Below the pieces are notes generated by a model. That model saw nothing but the letters and a program-made list of their open reading frames with translations. It was not told where the DNA came from and did no database searches. A stretch of DNA of 64,000 nucleotides from a phage: assembly GCA_026110335.1 (NCBI GenBank), contig GCA_026110335.1_3055.1, one strand, 5' to 3'. Below, one piece after another: positions 1 through 10,921 of this stretch. A program made the translations under genes and the position numbers. Positions within the stretch are counted from its first letter, which is position 1. Every line of letters begins with the position of its first letter.

Positions 1-248
1 ATAGACGGCCCGCGCGGTTGTAGGTGTTCATATTGTTCTTCCGTTAAAACAGTAATATCGTAGTAACAGTCAGAAGAAGTTTTAACTGTAGAAATTTTAT
101 TATCAAAATACTCACGAGTCATTTTATGAGTATAATATTTTTTGCCATAAATGATAATAGGCTGATTTGGTCCTGGAACTTCTAACTCACTTGGATTAGG
201 AAGTGTAAAAAGAACTACACCAGAAGTATCTTTAAATCGTAAAATCAT
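1..248 (-). CDS. hypothetical protein, 5' part only (ORF runs off the left edge of the window)
   Basis: ATG at 248 preceded by GAGGA Shine-Dalgarno; open frame continues to position 1; lies downstream of td where T4 has small nrdA-proximal ORFs. Confidence 0.4.
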   Translation of the reverse strand, partial: MILRFKDTSGVVLFTLPNPSELEVPGPNQPIIIYGKKYYTHKMTREYFDNKISTVKTSSDCYYDITVLTEEQYEHLQPRGPS

Positions 249-268
249 ATATCCTCGCAATAATAAAA

Positions 269-1129
269 TTACACCGCCATTTTTCCTTTCAAGACACCGT
301 GGGACTGATAATCTTTGAGAACGAAATCTTTAGGCCTGAGTTTAAGAACATATTCCAATTGTTCTTTAGTAGAAAGATAACGGAATTTATAAGGCAATCC
401 GCCTATTACCAGTTCACAAAGCTCTTTAGGTTCACGACGCAAAATTTCTTTACATTGTTCGACATGATTCATATAGATATGAGTATTACCACCGGAAAAT
501 ATCAAATCTCCTGGAATAAGATTACACATCTTAGCTACAATATGAACGAACGCAGCATATGATGCAATGTTGAATGGCAAGCCCAAGAACACGTCAACAC
601 TTCTTTGATACCACTGCAAATCCAAATAGCCATTACGCACATTAAACTGATAGAACATATGACAAGGCGGTAATGACATATATTTAAGTTCAGCTGGATT
701 CCATGCAGAAACAATTTGACGTCTATCATTTGGTAGTTTTTTAATACGATCAACAACTTCTATAATTTGGTCTACACCGCCAAAATCACGCCATTGTTTT
801 CCATAAATTGGACCAAGTTCACCACTATGATATCCTAAATCTTTTGCTTGATTTTCGTAATTTTCATCCCAGACTGTTTTGCCTTGAATTAATGAATTGT
901 GTTGAATTAATCGTAAATCATTGACATTTGTGCTTCCTGATAAAAACCATATTAGCTCAGCAATGCAAGCTTTCCAGGCGAGCTTCTTAGTTGTTACCGC
1001 AGGAAAACCTTTAGTTAAATCCCAGCGTAATTTAGTACCGAACAAAGCAATTGTTCCTGTGCCTGTTCGGTCATCGGTTTCATAGCCATTTTCAAAAATG
1101 TCTTTAATTAAATCTTGGTATTGTTTCAT
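269..1129 (-). CDS. td: thymidylate synthase, intronless
   Basis: 286 aa; TS catalytic-cysteine motif '[10 protein letters not shown]'; co-linear over full length with T4 Td as recalled; uninterrupted ORF, so no group I intron. Confidence 0.95.
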   Translation of the reverse strand: MKQYQDLIKDIFENGYETDDRTGTGTIALFGTKLRWDLTKGFPAVTTKKLAWKACIAELIWFLSGSTNVNDLRLIQHNSLIQGKTVWDENYENQAKDLGYHSGELGPIYGKQWRDFGGVDQIIEVVDRIKKLPNDRRQIVSAWNPAELKYMSLPPCHMFYQFNVRNGYLDLQWYQRSVDVFLGLPFNIASYAAFVHIVAKMCNLIPGDLIFSGGNTHIYMNHVEQCKEILRREPKELCELVIGGLPYKFRYLSTKEQLEYVLKLRPKDFVLKDYQSHGVLKGKMAV

Positions 1130-1174
1130 TTAGTACCTTATATAAATTATAATACATTTTATGAAGCTAAATAA

Positions 1175-2371
<1,197 letters not shown>

Positions 2372-2381
2372 ATTATTTTCC

Positions 2382-2624
2382 TTAAACAGACTTTTTCACA
2401 ATTTTCCAATCAGCTTTAAACTGTTCAACGTCAGAATGGTAAATCCAAAATCCTGCGCTTTCTCCATCCTCATAAAGAGGGCATCCATCGCATTCATCTT
2501 CCCATCCAATGTCACGTAAAAGATGTTCAGCTTTTTCAACAAGTTCAGAATCTTTACCGATGATATTAAAATACCATTTACCTCTAACTTCCGAATCTTT
2601 GATGCTCTGACGTTGTAATCTCAT
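2382..2624 (-). CDS. hypothetical protein
   Basis: 80 aa; ATG with GAGGAG SD; own early promoter immediately upstream. Confidence 0.55.
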   Translation of the reverse strand: MRLQRQSIKDSEVRGKWYFNIIGKDSELVEKAEHLLRDIGWEDECDGCPLYEDGESAGFWIYHSDVEQFKADWKIVKKSV

Positions 2625-2682
2625 TTTATTCTCCTCAAGTTGATAAGGCTATAGTATCATTACCATAGCCTGTTGTAAACAT

Positions 2683-2910
2683 TTATTTTTGAATTAAGCC
2701 CATATAAAATTTAGCATCTTCAGGATACATGCCATCACAATACTCATTGGTCATAAAACTGATAAGGTCTTCAAGAGGACCTTGGACTTCAATTTGAATA
2801 CTAAAGAATTGAGTATCTTTAATGTAAGCCATACTCAAAGAAGGATAACGATTGCGGATAACTTCGTAAGTGTATTCAAAATCAACAATATCAATATTAA
2901 CCTTAGCCAT
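2683..2910 (-). CDS. hypothetical protein, paralog A of tandem pair
   Basis: 75 aa from '[13 protein letters not shown]' (GAGGAAAATAAA-ATG); clearly paralogous to the 3394-3621 product; track start at 2949 is GTG inside the promoter. Confidence 0.55.
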   Translation of the reverse strand: MAKVNIDIVDFEYTYEVIRNRYPSLSMAYIKDTQFFSIQIEVQGPLEDLISFMTNEYCDGMYPEDAKFYMGLIQK

Positions 2911-2940
2911 TTTATTTTCCTCATGTAGTTGATAGGGTAA

Positions 2941-2969
2941 TAGTATCACACTACTACCCTACTGTAAAC
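2941..2969 (-). promoter_or_regulatory. early promoter for paralog A
   Basis: GTTTAC -35 (overlapping the stop of the 126-aa ORF), TGATACTAT-type -10. Confidence 0.45.
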
Positions 2970-3349
2970 TACTTTTTGAAAGTTTTTCGCAAAAGTTCAA
3001 TGATTTCATCTACATTGTTTTCGTCTACAATGCAGTGAATTTTTGTTACGCCAGAAACCGGGTCTTTGACTTCATCTTCTTCAGAAGTCGGTTCTTTATA
3101 CTCACGAAAACAATGAAATTCGTCTTCGCAAATTTCTAAAAGTCTATCTTTGAGGTAAAAATGCTTTCCATTTGCGCATTCAATGTGTTTTACTGCTTTA
3201 TATCCATTAGCGACGGAAACTTCTTTAACTTCAAACCATCCGCCATTATCTCGAATGGCTTTAACTATTGATGAATTAGAACACGGACTATAATTAATAA
3301 ATGTATCAATAAGTCTTGGAATAAGTTCATACTTTTTACCAGTATACAT
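2969..3349 (-). CDS. hypothetical Cys/His-containing protein
   Basis: 126 aa; ATG with GAGGAAAA SD; 5 Cys and 4 His ('HIECANGKH', 'EDEFHCF', 'KIHCIV'); no promoter of its own, sits between the paralogs. Confidence 0.55.
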   Translation of the reverse strand: MYTGKKYELIPRLIDTFINYSPCSNSSIVKAIRDNGGWFEVKEVSVANGYKAVKHIECANGKHFYLKDRLLEICEDEFHCFREYKEPTSEEDEVKDPVSGVTKIHCIVDENNVDEIIELLRKTFKK

Positions 3350-3393
3350 TGCGTTTTCCTCATTTTAATAGGGGCTTGATAGCCCCTTGATAA

Positions 3394-3621
3394 TTACTGT
3401 TCAATAAATCCTGTGTAAAATTCTACATCTTCAGCATCCATACCGTCGCAGTATTCATTAACCATAAACTGTTTAAGACGATTTAAAGGACCTTCAATAA
3501 CAACTGAAACATTACAATTAGGATCATTTAGTGCGCTTATGATACTAAGTTCAGGATAACGATTACGAATAATTTCTTCAATATATTCAAAATCAACAAC
3601 ATCAATATCAATTTTAGCCAT
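3394..3621 (-). CDS. hypothetical protein, paralog B of tandem pair
   Basis: 75 aa from '[13 protein letters not shown]' (GAGGAAAATAAT-ATG); shares 'NRYP', 'EGPL', 'NEYCDGM' with paralog A. Confidence 0.55.
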   Translation of the reverse strand: MAKIDIDVVDFEYIEEIIRNRYPELSIISALNDPNCNVSVVIEGPLNRLKQFMVNEYCDGMDAEDVEFYTGFIEQ

Positions 3622-3675
3622 ATTATTTTCCTCTTTAATCATCAGCAGTATTGCCGATAGTTGTATAGTACCATA

Positions 3676-3704
3676 AAGCTTTATGCTTGTAAACCGTTTT
3701 GTGA
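3676..3704 (-). promoter_or_regulatory. early promoter for paralog B
   Basis: GTTTAC -35, spacer with ATAAAGCTTTAT palindrome, TGGTACTAT -10. Confidence 0.45.
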
Positions 3705-3714
3705 AAAAATTTTA

Positions 3715-3744
3715 AAATAAAAAAGGGGGACCTCTAGGGTCCCC
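3715..3744 (-). terminator. rho-independent terminator after gene 32
   Basis: hairpin GGGGACC-n5-GGTCCCC then U-run on the minus strand. Confidence 0.6.
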
Positions 3745-3766
3745 GATTAATTAGTAATATAATCTA

Positions 3767-4675
3767 TTAAAGGTCATTCAAAAGGTCATCCAGGTCCGTG
3801 TCATCAGCACTAGATGAACTGCCAGAGCTTGAACTCATAAAATCATCTTCAGTTTTTGTATTGAAGTCATCAACATTGAATGCATCCAAATCATCAGCAA
3901 CTTTATCAGCTTTCTTAGCGGCAGTTGCTGCGGCACCACCCATAGCAGCAGTTCCCATAACTTGACTGAACTTAGTGCTCAGTTCTTCAAATGATTTAAA
4001 TTTATCTTTAGAAGTCATTTCAGAAAGGTCAACCATTTGTTCGAACAGTTCTTTCTGGAAAGATTCATCATCAATGTTTGGAATCGCAGATTGATTCAGG
4101 AATTTAGATTCGTCGTAGTTACTAAAACCAGAAACTTGTTTAACTTTCAGTACAAAGTTAGCACCTTCCCATGGACAAGTTACATCAACCGGAGTTTCAC
4201 CCATTTCAACATCAACCGCAATCATTGCATTGATTTTATCCCAGATTTTCTTACCGAAACGGTATTTAAATACTTTACCTTCGTTTTCTGGAGCAGCTGG
4301 GTCTTTTACTACAAGAATGTTAGCCCAGTAAGAAGTTTTACGTTTAACAAGACTGTACTCTTTATTGTCAGTGTTATACAAATCATTTTTACTGATGTAC
4401 TGACATACTGGACAAGAATCGTAATCACCGTGGGTAGATGAACAGTTTTCAATATACCATTTACCATTTTTCTTGAAACCGTGATTTACAAGAATTGCGA
4501 ATGGTGCTTGTTCATCATTTTTAGACGGAAGAAAACGAATTACTGCTTGACCGTTACCCGCATTGTCGAGTTTCAGTTTCCACTCGCCTTTATCTTCAGA
4601 AGAAAAACCACCTTTATTTCCAGCCAGTTTAGCCATTTGTGCAGCGAGTTCAGCAGTAGATTTACGTTTAAACAT
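3767..4675 (-). CDS. 32: single-stranded DNA-binding protein gp32
   Basis: 302 aa; N-terminal 'MFKRKS'; zinc subdomain '[12 protein letters not shown]'; acidic Ser/Asp-rich C-terminus; matches T4 gp32 as recalled. Confidence 0.95.
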   Translation of the reverse strand: MFKRKSTAELAAQMAKLAGNKGGFSSEDKGEWKLKLDNAGNGQAVIRFLPSKNDEQAPFAILVNHGFKKNGKWYIENCSSTHGDYDSCPVCQYISKNDLYNTDNKEYSLVKRKTSYWANILVVKDPAAPENEGKVFKYRFGKKIWDKINAMIAVDVEMGETPVDVTCPWEGANFVLKVKQVSGFSNYDESKFLNQSAIPNIDDESFQKELFEQMVDLSEMTSKDKFKSFEELSTKFSQVMGTAAMGGAAATAAKKADKVADDLDAFNVDDFNTKTEDDFMSSSSGSSSSADDTDLDDLLNDL

Positions 4676-4745
4676 TTTTATTTCCTTTTTAATTTAATTA
4701 ACAGTTGGTGCTATGACGATGTATGACCTCATAGCTGGTCAGTGA
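4676..4745 (-). promoter_or_regulatory. gene 32 translational operator (pseudoknot plus AU-rich leader)
   Basis: minus-strand 'GACCAGCUAUGAGGUCAUACAUCGUCAUAGCAC' forms two interleaved stems, followed by repeated UUAAA up to the SD. Confidence 0.7.
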
Positions 4746-4774
4746 GATAATTATAATCTATTTATAATAAGCAA

Positions 4775-5428
4775 TTAATACTTGCAGGATTTCACAGTTT
4801 CAATGAAAACACTTTTGGCTTTCTGTGAATCAATATTTAAAATTTTTCTATAAGCCTTTAACTTTATAGAATAATTATTCCAGACTAAATTATCAGTCTG
4901 TTCATCATGTTTATCAATTATATTTAAAAACGAATCAAGCAAGATAAACGTCTCAAACGAAATTATATTCGATTGAAGCAGTTTAAAAATATAACTTGAT
5001 TGAACTTTTGGATTATACTCAAAGATTTCTTTAAAAGCAGAAACTTCAACTTTTTTACTAAAATAATAAATGTTGCGAATATCTTCTTCAAACTTAAATT
5101 TAATTTGCTTTAAGCGTCCGATATATTCACGATAAAACACAAGTGCATCAGCGTCAGAGATGTCACCAATCCAAGCATCCTGGTTAGCAACCAGATTGCT
5201 TATAAAGATTAAAGCAAGTTCCTTTAATTTATATTTTTCTGATAACTTCTGGAAAAAATACTTATCCCTTCGCTTTTGATAAGCGGCATCAGACACCCGC
5301 ATGCACCAATTATACTTAATTACATCATACTTTCCATTCATATGTTGTTTTATCATTAAGTATAATTTATAAACTGATTTACCATCAATATATCTTTCAC
5401 CACCAGCAGGCATGCGGAGTTTAATCAT
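4775..5428 (-). CDS. 59: helicase loader gp59
   Basis: 217 aa; position between 32 and 33; length and sequence match T4 gp59 as recalled. Confidence 0.85.
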   Translation of the reverse strand: MIKLRMPAGGERYIDGKSVYKLYLMIKQHMNGKYDVIKYNWCMRVSDAAYQKRRDKYFFQKLSEKYKLKELALIFISNLVANQDAWIGDISDADALVFYREYIGRLKQIKFKFEEDIRNIYYFSKKVEVSAFKEIFEYNPKVQSSYIFKLLQSNIISFETFILLDSFLNIIDKHDEQTDNLVWNNYSIKLKAYRKILNIDSQKAKSVFIETVKSCKY

Positions 5429-5763
5429 AGTAGAAAATCTAATGTATTAGTTTTTTCACAACGAACAACAGAAGGACGTAAAAGATTTTCGTCAATAGCT
5501 TCTGACTGAATTTTTTCAATTATACCCGAAGGAATAAATTTAGCAAATTGAGTTTCAGGAATAGAATTTTCTTCCAAGAATGCTGTTGTAGCTTCAAGAT
5601 AACTCATTCCAAACTCTTCTACCATTTTTTCAATAATAAATCCATTTTCTTGACGATCAAGAAGCTTTGCTATTTCATCCTTTTCTTTCTTAATTGAAAG
5701 TTCTTTTTCTGAAAGACCGGTCTCATCGACCGGACGAATATCATTTAGAGAAAACTGTGTCAT
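5425..5763 (-). CDS. 33: late transcription co-activator gp33
   Basis: 112 aa from 'MTQFSLNDIRP'; synteny with 59/dsbA; track start is a TTG three codons upstream. Confidence 0.8.
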   Translation of the reverse strand: MTQFSLNDIRPVDETGLSEKELSIKKEKDEIAKLLDRQENGFIIEKMVEEFGMSYLEATTAFLEENSIPETQFAKFIPSGIIEKIQSEAIDENLLRPSVVRCEKTNTLDFLL

Positions 5764-6010
5764 AAAGTTCAACTACCTCTTCAGTTTCAGCTTCAAACAC
5801 ATCACGATTATCTTTATGATACAAAGCTAACAGACGATTAAACATCTTACCATCAACGCCAAGTTCATCTTTGGCACGAATTCGAATATCTTTAATCAAT
5901 TCATTATAACCGGAAATTTTCAGTTTATGATCAGATGCTTCTTTAATAAATTTAGCTAAGTCTTCGCCGTGGATAGCTTCATCAAATTCAACCATTTCTT
6001 TTTTAGCCAT
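5741..6010 (-). CDS. dsbA: dsDNA-binding protein DsbA
   Basis: 89 aa; position between rnh and 33. Confidence 0.75.
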   Translation of the reverse strand: MAKKEMVEFDEAIHGEDLAKFIKEASDHKLKISGYNELIKDIRIRAKDELGVDGKMFNRLLALYHKDNRDVFEAETEEVVELYDTVFSK

Positions 6011-6018
6011 TATTCACC

Positions 6019-6936
6019 TCAAAATTCATTAATGCTATTAGTTAATTTAGAAAGACCCGCTTTTACAAAATATGAATAAATTTTGCCACGCGGTGGTAAT
6101 TTATATGAATTATAGTAATTCACAATGTTTGAAGCAATATTATCAGGAATATAATCAAAATCAATTAGAACTAAATTTTCTTTGTATCGATTATATTCAG
6201 ATTCGGTAAGAAGCACCTTAGCTTGCTCACGGTCATTAGCAATAGCTTCAACGATTGAAGTTTTCATTGAAGGAGTTCGTTCACCTTCAACTCTGGTAAA
6301 CCAAAAGTCAGACCGTACTTTAACTGAAGCAACGTTATCCTTTTTGTCGCCTTTAAGGATTTTAGTCATACAGTCAATTTCAGCAGAACCACTTTTAATT
6401 TTAACCCATTTCTTGTGCATCGGTGACCATTGCTTAACATTTGGATATTTGTGAAGTTGAGTAAAGTCACCATCCGATGAAATGATTAAAACCTTATGTC
6501 CTTCTAAAGAGAACTTTTTAACCAAAACAGCAATATGATCATCTGCTTCATACTTATCAATATCCATAACAATGTATGGCATATAAGCTTTCAATTCATC
6601 TATAACTTTATGGCTGGATTCAAAATAACCTTCCCAGTCCCAAGTAGATTCTTCTCGTGCTTTTCCACGGTTTTTCTTATAATAATAAGCAAAATCACGA
6701 CGCCAGTATCCAGATTTCGCGTTATCAATACACAGTACAATTTTAGTGTATCCAAGCGTTTTTGCTTTTTTGACATTAAACTTAATTGAGTTCAATATCA
6801 AATGACGAACCATTGATAAGTTAATTTTTTCTTTATCTGGGAAGTTTACTAAAGCAGTTGAAAGCGCAATCTGACTAAAGTCAATTAAGCAAATTCCTTC
6901 TTTGTAATCTTCATCCAGCATCATTTCTAAATCCAT
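6019..6936 (-). CDS. rnh: RNase H (5'-3' exonuclease, FEN-1 family)
   Basis: 305 aa from 'MDLEMMLDEDYKEG' (GAGG SD); matches T4 RNase H as recalled. Confidence 0.85.
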   Translation of the reverse strand: MDLEMMLDEDYKEGICLIDFSQIALSTALVNFPDKEKINLSMVRHLILNSIKFNVKKAKTLGYTKIVLCIDNAKSGYWRRDFAYYYKKNRGKAREESTWDWEGYFESSHKVIDELKAYMPYIVMDIDKYEADDHIAVLVKKFSLEGHKVLIISSDGDFTQLHKYPNVKQWSPMHKKWVKIKSGSAEIDCMTKILKGDKKDNVASVKVRSDFWFTRVEGERTPSMKTSIVEAIANDREQAKVLLTESEYNRYKENLVLIDFDYIPDNIASNIVNYYNSYKLPPRGKIYSYFVKAGLSKLTNSINEF

Positions 6937-6965
6937 ATGAACCTCGTTCAATTAGTGAGATTTTT

Positions 6966-6995
6966 ATTATATACCATCCAAATCTTAAAGTAAAC
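6966..6995 (-). promoter_or_regulatory. early promoter for rnh
   Basis: GTTTAC -35, ~17-bp spacer, TATATAAT -10 on minus strand. Confidence 0.5.
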
Positions 6996-6998
6996 AAG

Positions 6999-7006
6999 TA
7001 TAAATA
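6999..7006 (+). promoter_or_regulatory. late promoter for gene 34
   Basis: exact TATAAATA about 35 nt upstream of gene 34 ATG. Confidence 0.7.
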
Positions 7007-7040
7007 CTTATTATTGAAAACACAATAGGAGCCCGGGAGA

Positions 7041-10000
7041 ATGGCCGAGATTAAAAGAAAGTTCAGAGCAGAAGATGGTCTGGACGCAGGTGGTGATAAA
7101 ATAATCAACGTAGCTTTAGCTGATCGTACCGTAGGAACTGACGGTGTTAACGTTGATTACTTAATTCAAGAAAACACAGTTCAACAATATGATCCAACTC
7201 GTGGATATTTAAAAGATTTTGTAATCATTTATGATAACCGCTTTTGGGCTGCTATAAATGATATTCCAAAACCAGCAGGAGCTTTTAATAGCGTACGATG
7301 GAGAGCGTTACGTACCGATGCAAACTGGACAACTGTTTCATCAGGACCTTATCAATTAAAGTCAGGTGAATCAATTTCAGTTGATACTGCAGCTGGTAAT
7401 GACATTACATTTACTTTACCATCTACCCCAATTGACGGTGATACTATCGTTCTCCAAGACATTGGAGGAAAACCTGGAGTTAACCAAGTTTTAATTACAG
7501 CTCCAGTACAAAGCATTGTAAATTTTAGAGGTCAGCAAGTACGTTCAGTACTAATGACTCATCCAAAATCACAGATAGTTTTAATTTTTAGTAATCGTCT
7601 GTGGCAAATGTATGTCGCTGATTATAGTAGAGAAGCTGTAGTTGTAACGCCTGCGAGTCTCTATCAGGCGCAATCAAACGATTTTATCGTACGTAGATTT
7701 ACTTCTGCTGCACCAATTAATGTTAAACTTCCAAGATTTGCTAATCATGGCGATATTATTAATTTCGTCGATTTAGATAAACTAAATCCGCTTTATCATA
7801 CAATTGTTACTACATACGATGAAACGACTTCAATACAAGAAGTTGGAACTCATTCCATTGAAGGCCGTACAACGATTGACGGTTTCTTGATGTTTGATGA
7901 TAATGAGAAATTGTGGAGATTGTTTGACGGGGATAATAAAGCGCGTTTACGTATTATAACAACTAATTCCAATATTCGTCCAAATGAAGAAGTTATGGTA
8001 TTTGGTGCGAATAACGGAACAGCTCAGACAATTGAACTTCAGCTTCCGACTGATATTTCTGTTGGTGATACTGTTAAAATTTCCATGAATTACATGAGAA
8101 AAGGACAAACAGTTAAAATCAAAGCTGCCGGTGAAGATAAAATTGCTTCTTCAGTTCAATTGCTGCAATTCCCAAAACGTTCAGAATATCCGCCTGAAAC
8201 TAAATGGGTGACTGTTCAAGAATTAGTTTTTAACGGTGAAACTAATTATGTTCCAGTTTTGGAGCTTGCTTATATAGAAGATTCTGATGGAAAATACTGG
8301 GTTGTACAACAAAACGTTCCAACCGTAGAAAGAGTAGATTCTTTAAATGATTCTACTAGAGCAAGATTAGGCGTAATTGCTTTAGCTACACAAGCTCAAG
8401 CTAATGTCGATTTAGAAAATTCTCCACAAAAAGAATTAGCAATTACTCCAGAAACGTTAGCTAATCGTACTGCTACTGAAACTCGTAGAGGTATCGCAAG
8501 AATAGCAACTACTGCTCAAGTTAACCAGGATACTACATTCTCTTTTGCTGATGATATTATCATCACTCCTAAAAAGCTGAATGAAAGAACAGCTACTGAA
8601 ACTCGCAGAGGTGTTGCTGAAATTGCTACGCAGCAAGAAACTAATGCAGGTACTGATGATACTACAATCATTACTCCTAAAAAGCTTCAAGCTCGTCAAG
8701 GTTCTGAATCATTATCTGGTATTGTAACTTTTGTATCTACTGCAGGTGCTACTCCAGCTTCTAGCCGTGAATTAAATGGTACGAATGTTTACAATAAAAA
8801 CACTAATAATTTAGTTGTTTCGCCTAAAGCTTTGGATCAGTATAAAGCTACTCCAACACAGCAAGGTGCAGTAATTTTAGCAGTTGAAAGTGAAGTAATT
8901 GCTGGACAAAGTCAGCAAGGATGGGCAAATGCTGTTGTAACGCCAGAAACGTTACATAAAAAGACATCAACTGATGCAAGAATTGGTTTAATTGAAATTG
9001 CTACGCAAAGTGAAGTTAATACAGGAACTGATTATACACGTGCAGTCACTCCTAAAACTTTAAATGACCGTAGAGCAACTGAAAGTTTAAGTGGTATAGC
9101 TGAAATTGCTACACAAGTTGAATTCGACGCAGGCGTCGACGATACTCGTATCTCTACACCATTAAAAATTAAAACCAGATTTAATAGTACTGATCGTACT
9201 TCTGTTGTTGCTCTATCTGGATTAGTTGAATCAGGAACTCTCTGGGACCATTATACACTTAATATTCTTGAAGCAAATGAGACACAGCGTGGTACACTTC
9301 GTGTAGCTACACAGGTCGAAGCTGCTGCAGGAACATTAGATAATGTTTTAATAACTCCTAAAAAGCTTTTAGGTACTAAATCTACTGAAGCACAAGAAGG
9401 TGTTATTAAAGTTGCAACTCAGTCTGAAACTGTGACTGGAACATCAGCAAATACTGCTGTATCTCCAAAAAATTTAAAATGGATTGTGCAGAGTGAACCT
9501 ACTTGGGCAGCAACTACTCTGATAAGAGGTTTTGTTAAAACTTCGTCTGGTTCAATTACATTCGTTGGTAATGATACAGCCGGTTCTACCCAAGATTTAG
9601 AACTGTATGAGAAAAATAACTATGCAGTATCACCATATGAATTAAACCGTGTATTAGCAAATTATTTGCCGTTAAAAGCAAAAGCTGCTGACGCAAATTT
9701 ATTAGATGGCCTAGATTCATCTCAGTTCATTCGTAGGGACATTGCACAGACGGTTAATGGTTCACTAACCTTAACCCAACAAACGAATCTGAGTGCCCCT
9801 CTTGTATCATCTAGTACTGCTACGTTTGGTGGTTCAGTTTCGGCAAATAGTGTACTAACTATTTCTAATACTGGAACGGCAACTCGTCTGATTTTTGAGA
9901 AAGGACCTCAAACTGGAACGAACCCGGCTCAAACGATGACAGTCAGCGTGTGGGGGAATCAATTTAGTGGGGAATCAAACACAACACGTTCTACCGTATT

Positions 10001-10913
10001 TGAAGTTGGTGATGAAACATCTTATCACTTTTATTCTCAACGTAATAAAGAAGACGGGAATATAGCGTTTAGCATTAATGGTACTGTAATGCCAATAAAC
10101 ATTAATGCTTCCGGCTTGATGAATGTTAATGGCGTTGCAACATTTGGTCGTTCAGTTACAGCCAATGGTGAATTCATTAGCAAGTCTGCAAATGCATTTA
10201 GAGCAATTAGTGGTGATTACGGATTCTTTATTCGTAATGATGCTGCTAATACCTATTTTATGCTCACCGCAGCTGGTGATCAGACCGGTGGATTTAATGG
10301 ATTACGTCCTTTAGCTATTAATAATGCATCCGGCCAAGTAACGATTGGTGAAAGCTTAATCATTGCCAAAGGTGCTACTATAAATTCAGGCGGTTTAACT
10401 GTTAACTCGAGAATTCGTTCCCAGGGTTCTAAAACTGCTGATTTATACACTCGTGCTCCTACTGCTGATACAGTCGGATTCTGGTCAATCGATATTAACG
10501 ATTCAGCCACTTATAACCAGTTCCCGGGTTATTTTAAAATGGTTGAAAAAACTAATGAAGTGACTGGACTTCCATACTTAGAACGTGGTGAAGAGGTTAA
10601 ATCTCCTGGTACACTGACTCAGTTTGGTAACACACTTGATTCGCTTTACCAAGATTGGATTACTTATCCAACAACACCAGAAGCGCGTACCACTCGTTGG
10701 ACTCGCACATGGCAGAAAACCAAAAACTCTTGGTCAAGTTTTGTTCAGGTATTTGATGGAGGTAACCCTCCTCAACCGTCTGATATTGGTGCTTTACCAT
10801 CTGATAATGCTATAATGGGTAATCTTACTATTCGTGATTTCTTACGAATTGGTAATGTTCGCATTGTTCCTGACCCAGTGAATAAAACGGTTAAATTTGA
10901 ATGGGTTGAATAA
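7041..10913 (+). CDS. 34: long tail fibre proximal subunit gp34
   Basis: 1290 aa; late promoter TATAAATA upstream; internal repeats 'TPKKL..RTATETRRGxAxIATQ'. Confidence 0.9.
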   Translation: MAEIKRKFRAEDGLDAGGDKIINVALADRTVGTDGVNVDYLIQENTVQQYDPTRGYLKDFVIIYDNRFWAAINDIPKPAGAFNSVRWRALRTDANWTTVSSGPYQLKSGESISVDTAAGNDITFTLPSTPIDGDTIVLQDIGGKPGVNQVLITAPVQSIVNFRGQQVRSVLMTHPKSQIVLIFSNRLWQMYVADYSREAVVVTPASLYQAQSNDFIVRRFTSAAPINVKLPRFANHGDIINFVDLDKLNPLYHTIVTTYDETTSIQEVGTHSIEGRTTIDGFLMFDDNEKLWRLFDGDNKARLRIITTNSNIRPNEEVMVFGANNGTAQTIELQLPTDISVGDTVKISMNYMRKGQTVKIKAAGEDKIASSVQLLQFPKRSEYPPETKWVTVQELVFNGETNYVPVLELAYIEDSDGKYWVVQQNVPTVERVDSLNDSTRARLGVIALATQAQANVDLENSPQKELAITPETLANRTATETRRGIARIATTAQVNQDTTFSFADDIIITPKKLNERTATETRRGVAEIATQQETNAGTDDTTIITPKKLQARQGSESLSGIVTFVSTAGATPASSRELNGTNVYNKNTNNLVVSPKALDQYKATPTQQGAVILAVESEVIAGQSQQGWANAVVTPETLHKKTSTDARIGLIEIATQSEVNTGTDYTRAVTPKTLNDRRATESLSGIAEIATQVEFDAGVDDTRISTPLKIKTRFNSTDRTSVVALSGLVESGTLWDHYTLNILEANETQRGTLRVATQVEAAAGTLDNVLITPKKLLGTKSTEAQEGVIKVATQSETVTGTSANTAVSPKNLKWIVQSEPTWAATTLIRGFVKTSSGSITFVGNDTAGSTQDLELYEKNNYAVSPYELNRVLANYLPLKAKAADANLLDGLDSSQFIRRDIAQTVNGSLTLTQQTNLSAPLVSSSTATFGGSVSANSVLTISNTGTATRLIFEKGPQTGTNPAQTMTVSVWGNQFSGESNTTRSTVFEVGDETSYHFYSQRNKEDGNIAFSINGTVMPININASGLMNVNGVATFGRSVTANGEFISKSANAFRAISGDYGFFIRNDAANTYFMLTAAGDQTGGFNGLRPLAINNASGQVTIGESLIIAKGATINSGGLTVNSRIRSQGSKTADLYTRAPTADTVGFWSIDINDSATYNQFPGYFKMVEKTNEVTGLPYLERGEEVKSPGTLTQFGNTLDSLYQDWITYPTTPEARTTRWTRTWQKTKNSWSSFVQVFDGGNPPQPSDIGALPSDNAIMGNLTIRDFLRIGNVRIVPDPVNKTVKFEWVE

Positions 10914-10921
10914 GAGGTATT

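Noticed and set aside
299-756. Plus- and minus-strand ORFs of 60-140 codons nested inside td (e.g. 299-562, 535-756), and similar nested ORFs throughout the track inside genes 32, rnh, 34, 37, 52, rIIB, 39, 43 and 46
   Set aside because: They lie antisense or out of frame within long well-supported genes, lack ribosome-binding sites and encode low-complexity products; typical artefacts of AT-rich phage DNA
269-1129. Looked for the td group I intron and an intron-borne homing endonuclease
   Set aside because: td is one continuous 286-codon ORF co-linear with T4 Td, so no intron is present in this window
8400-9500. Repeated ~40-codon units in gene 34
   Set aside because: Protein-internal structural repeats of the proximal tail fibre, not mobile or regulatory repeats
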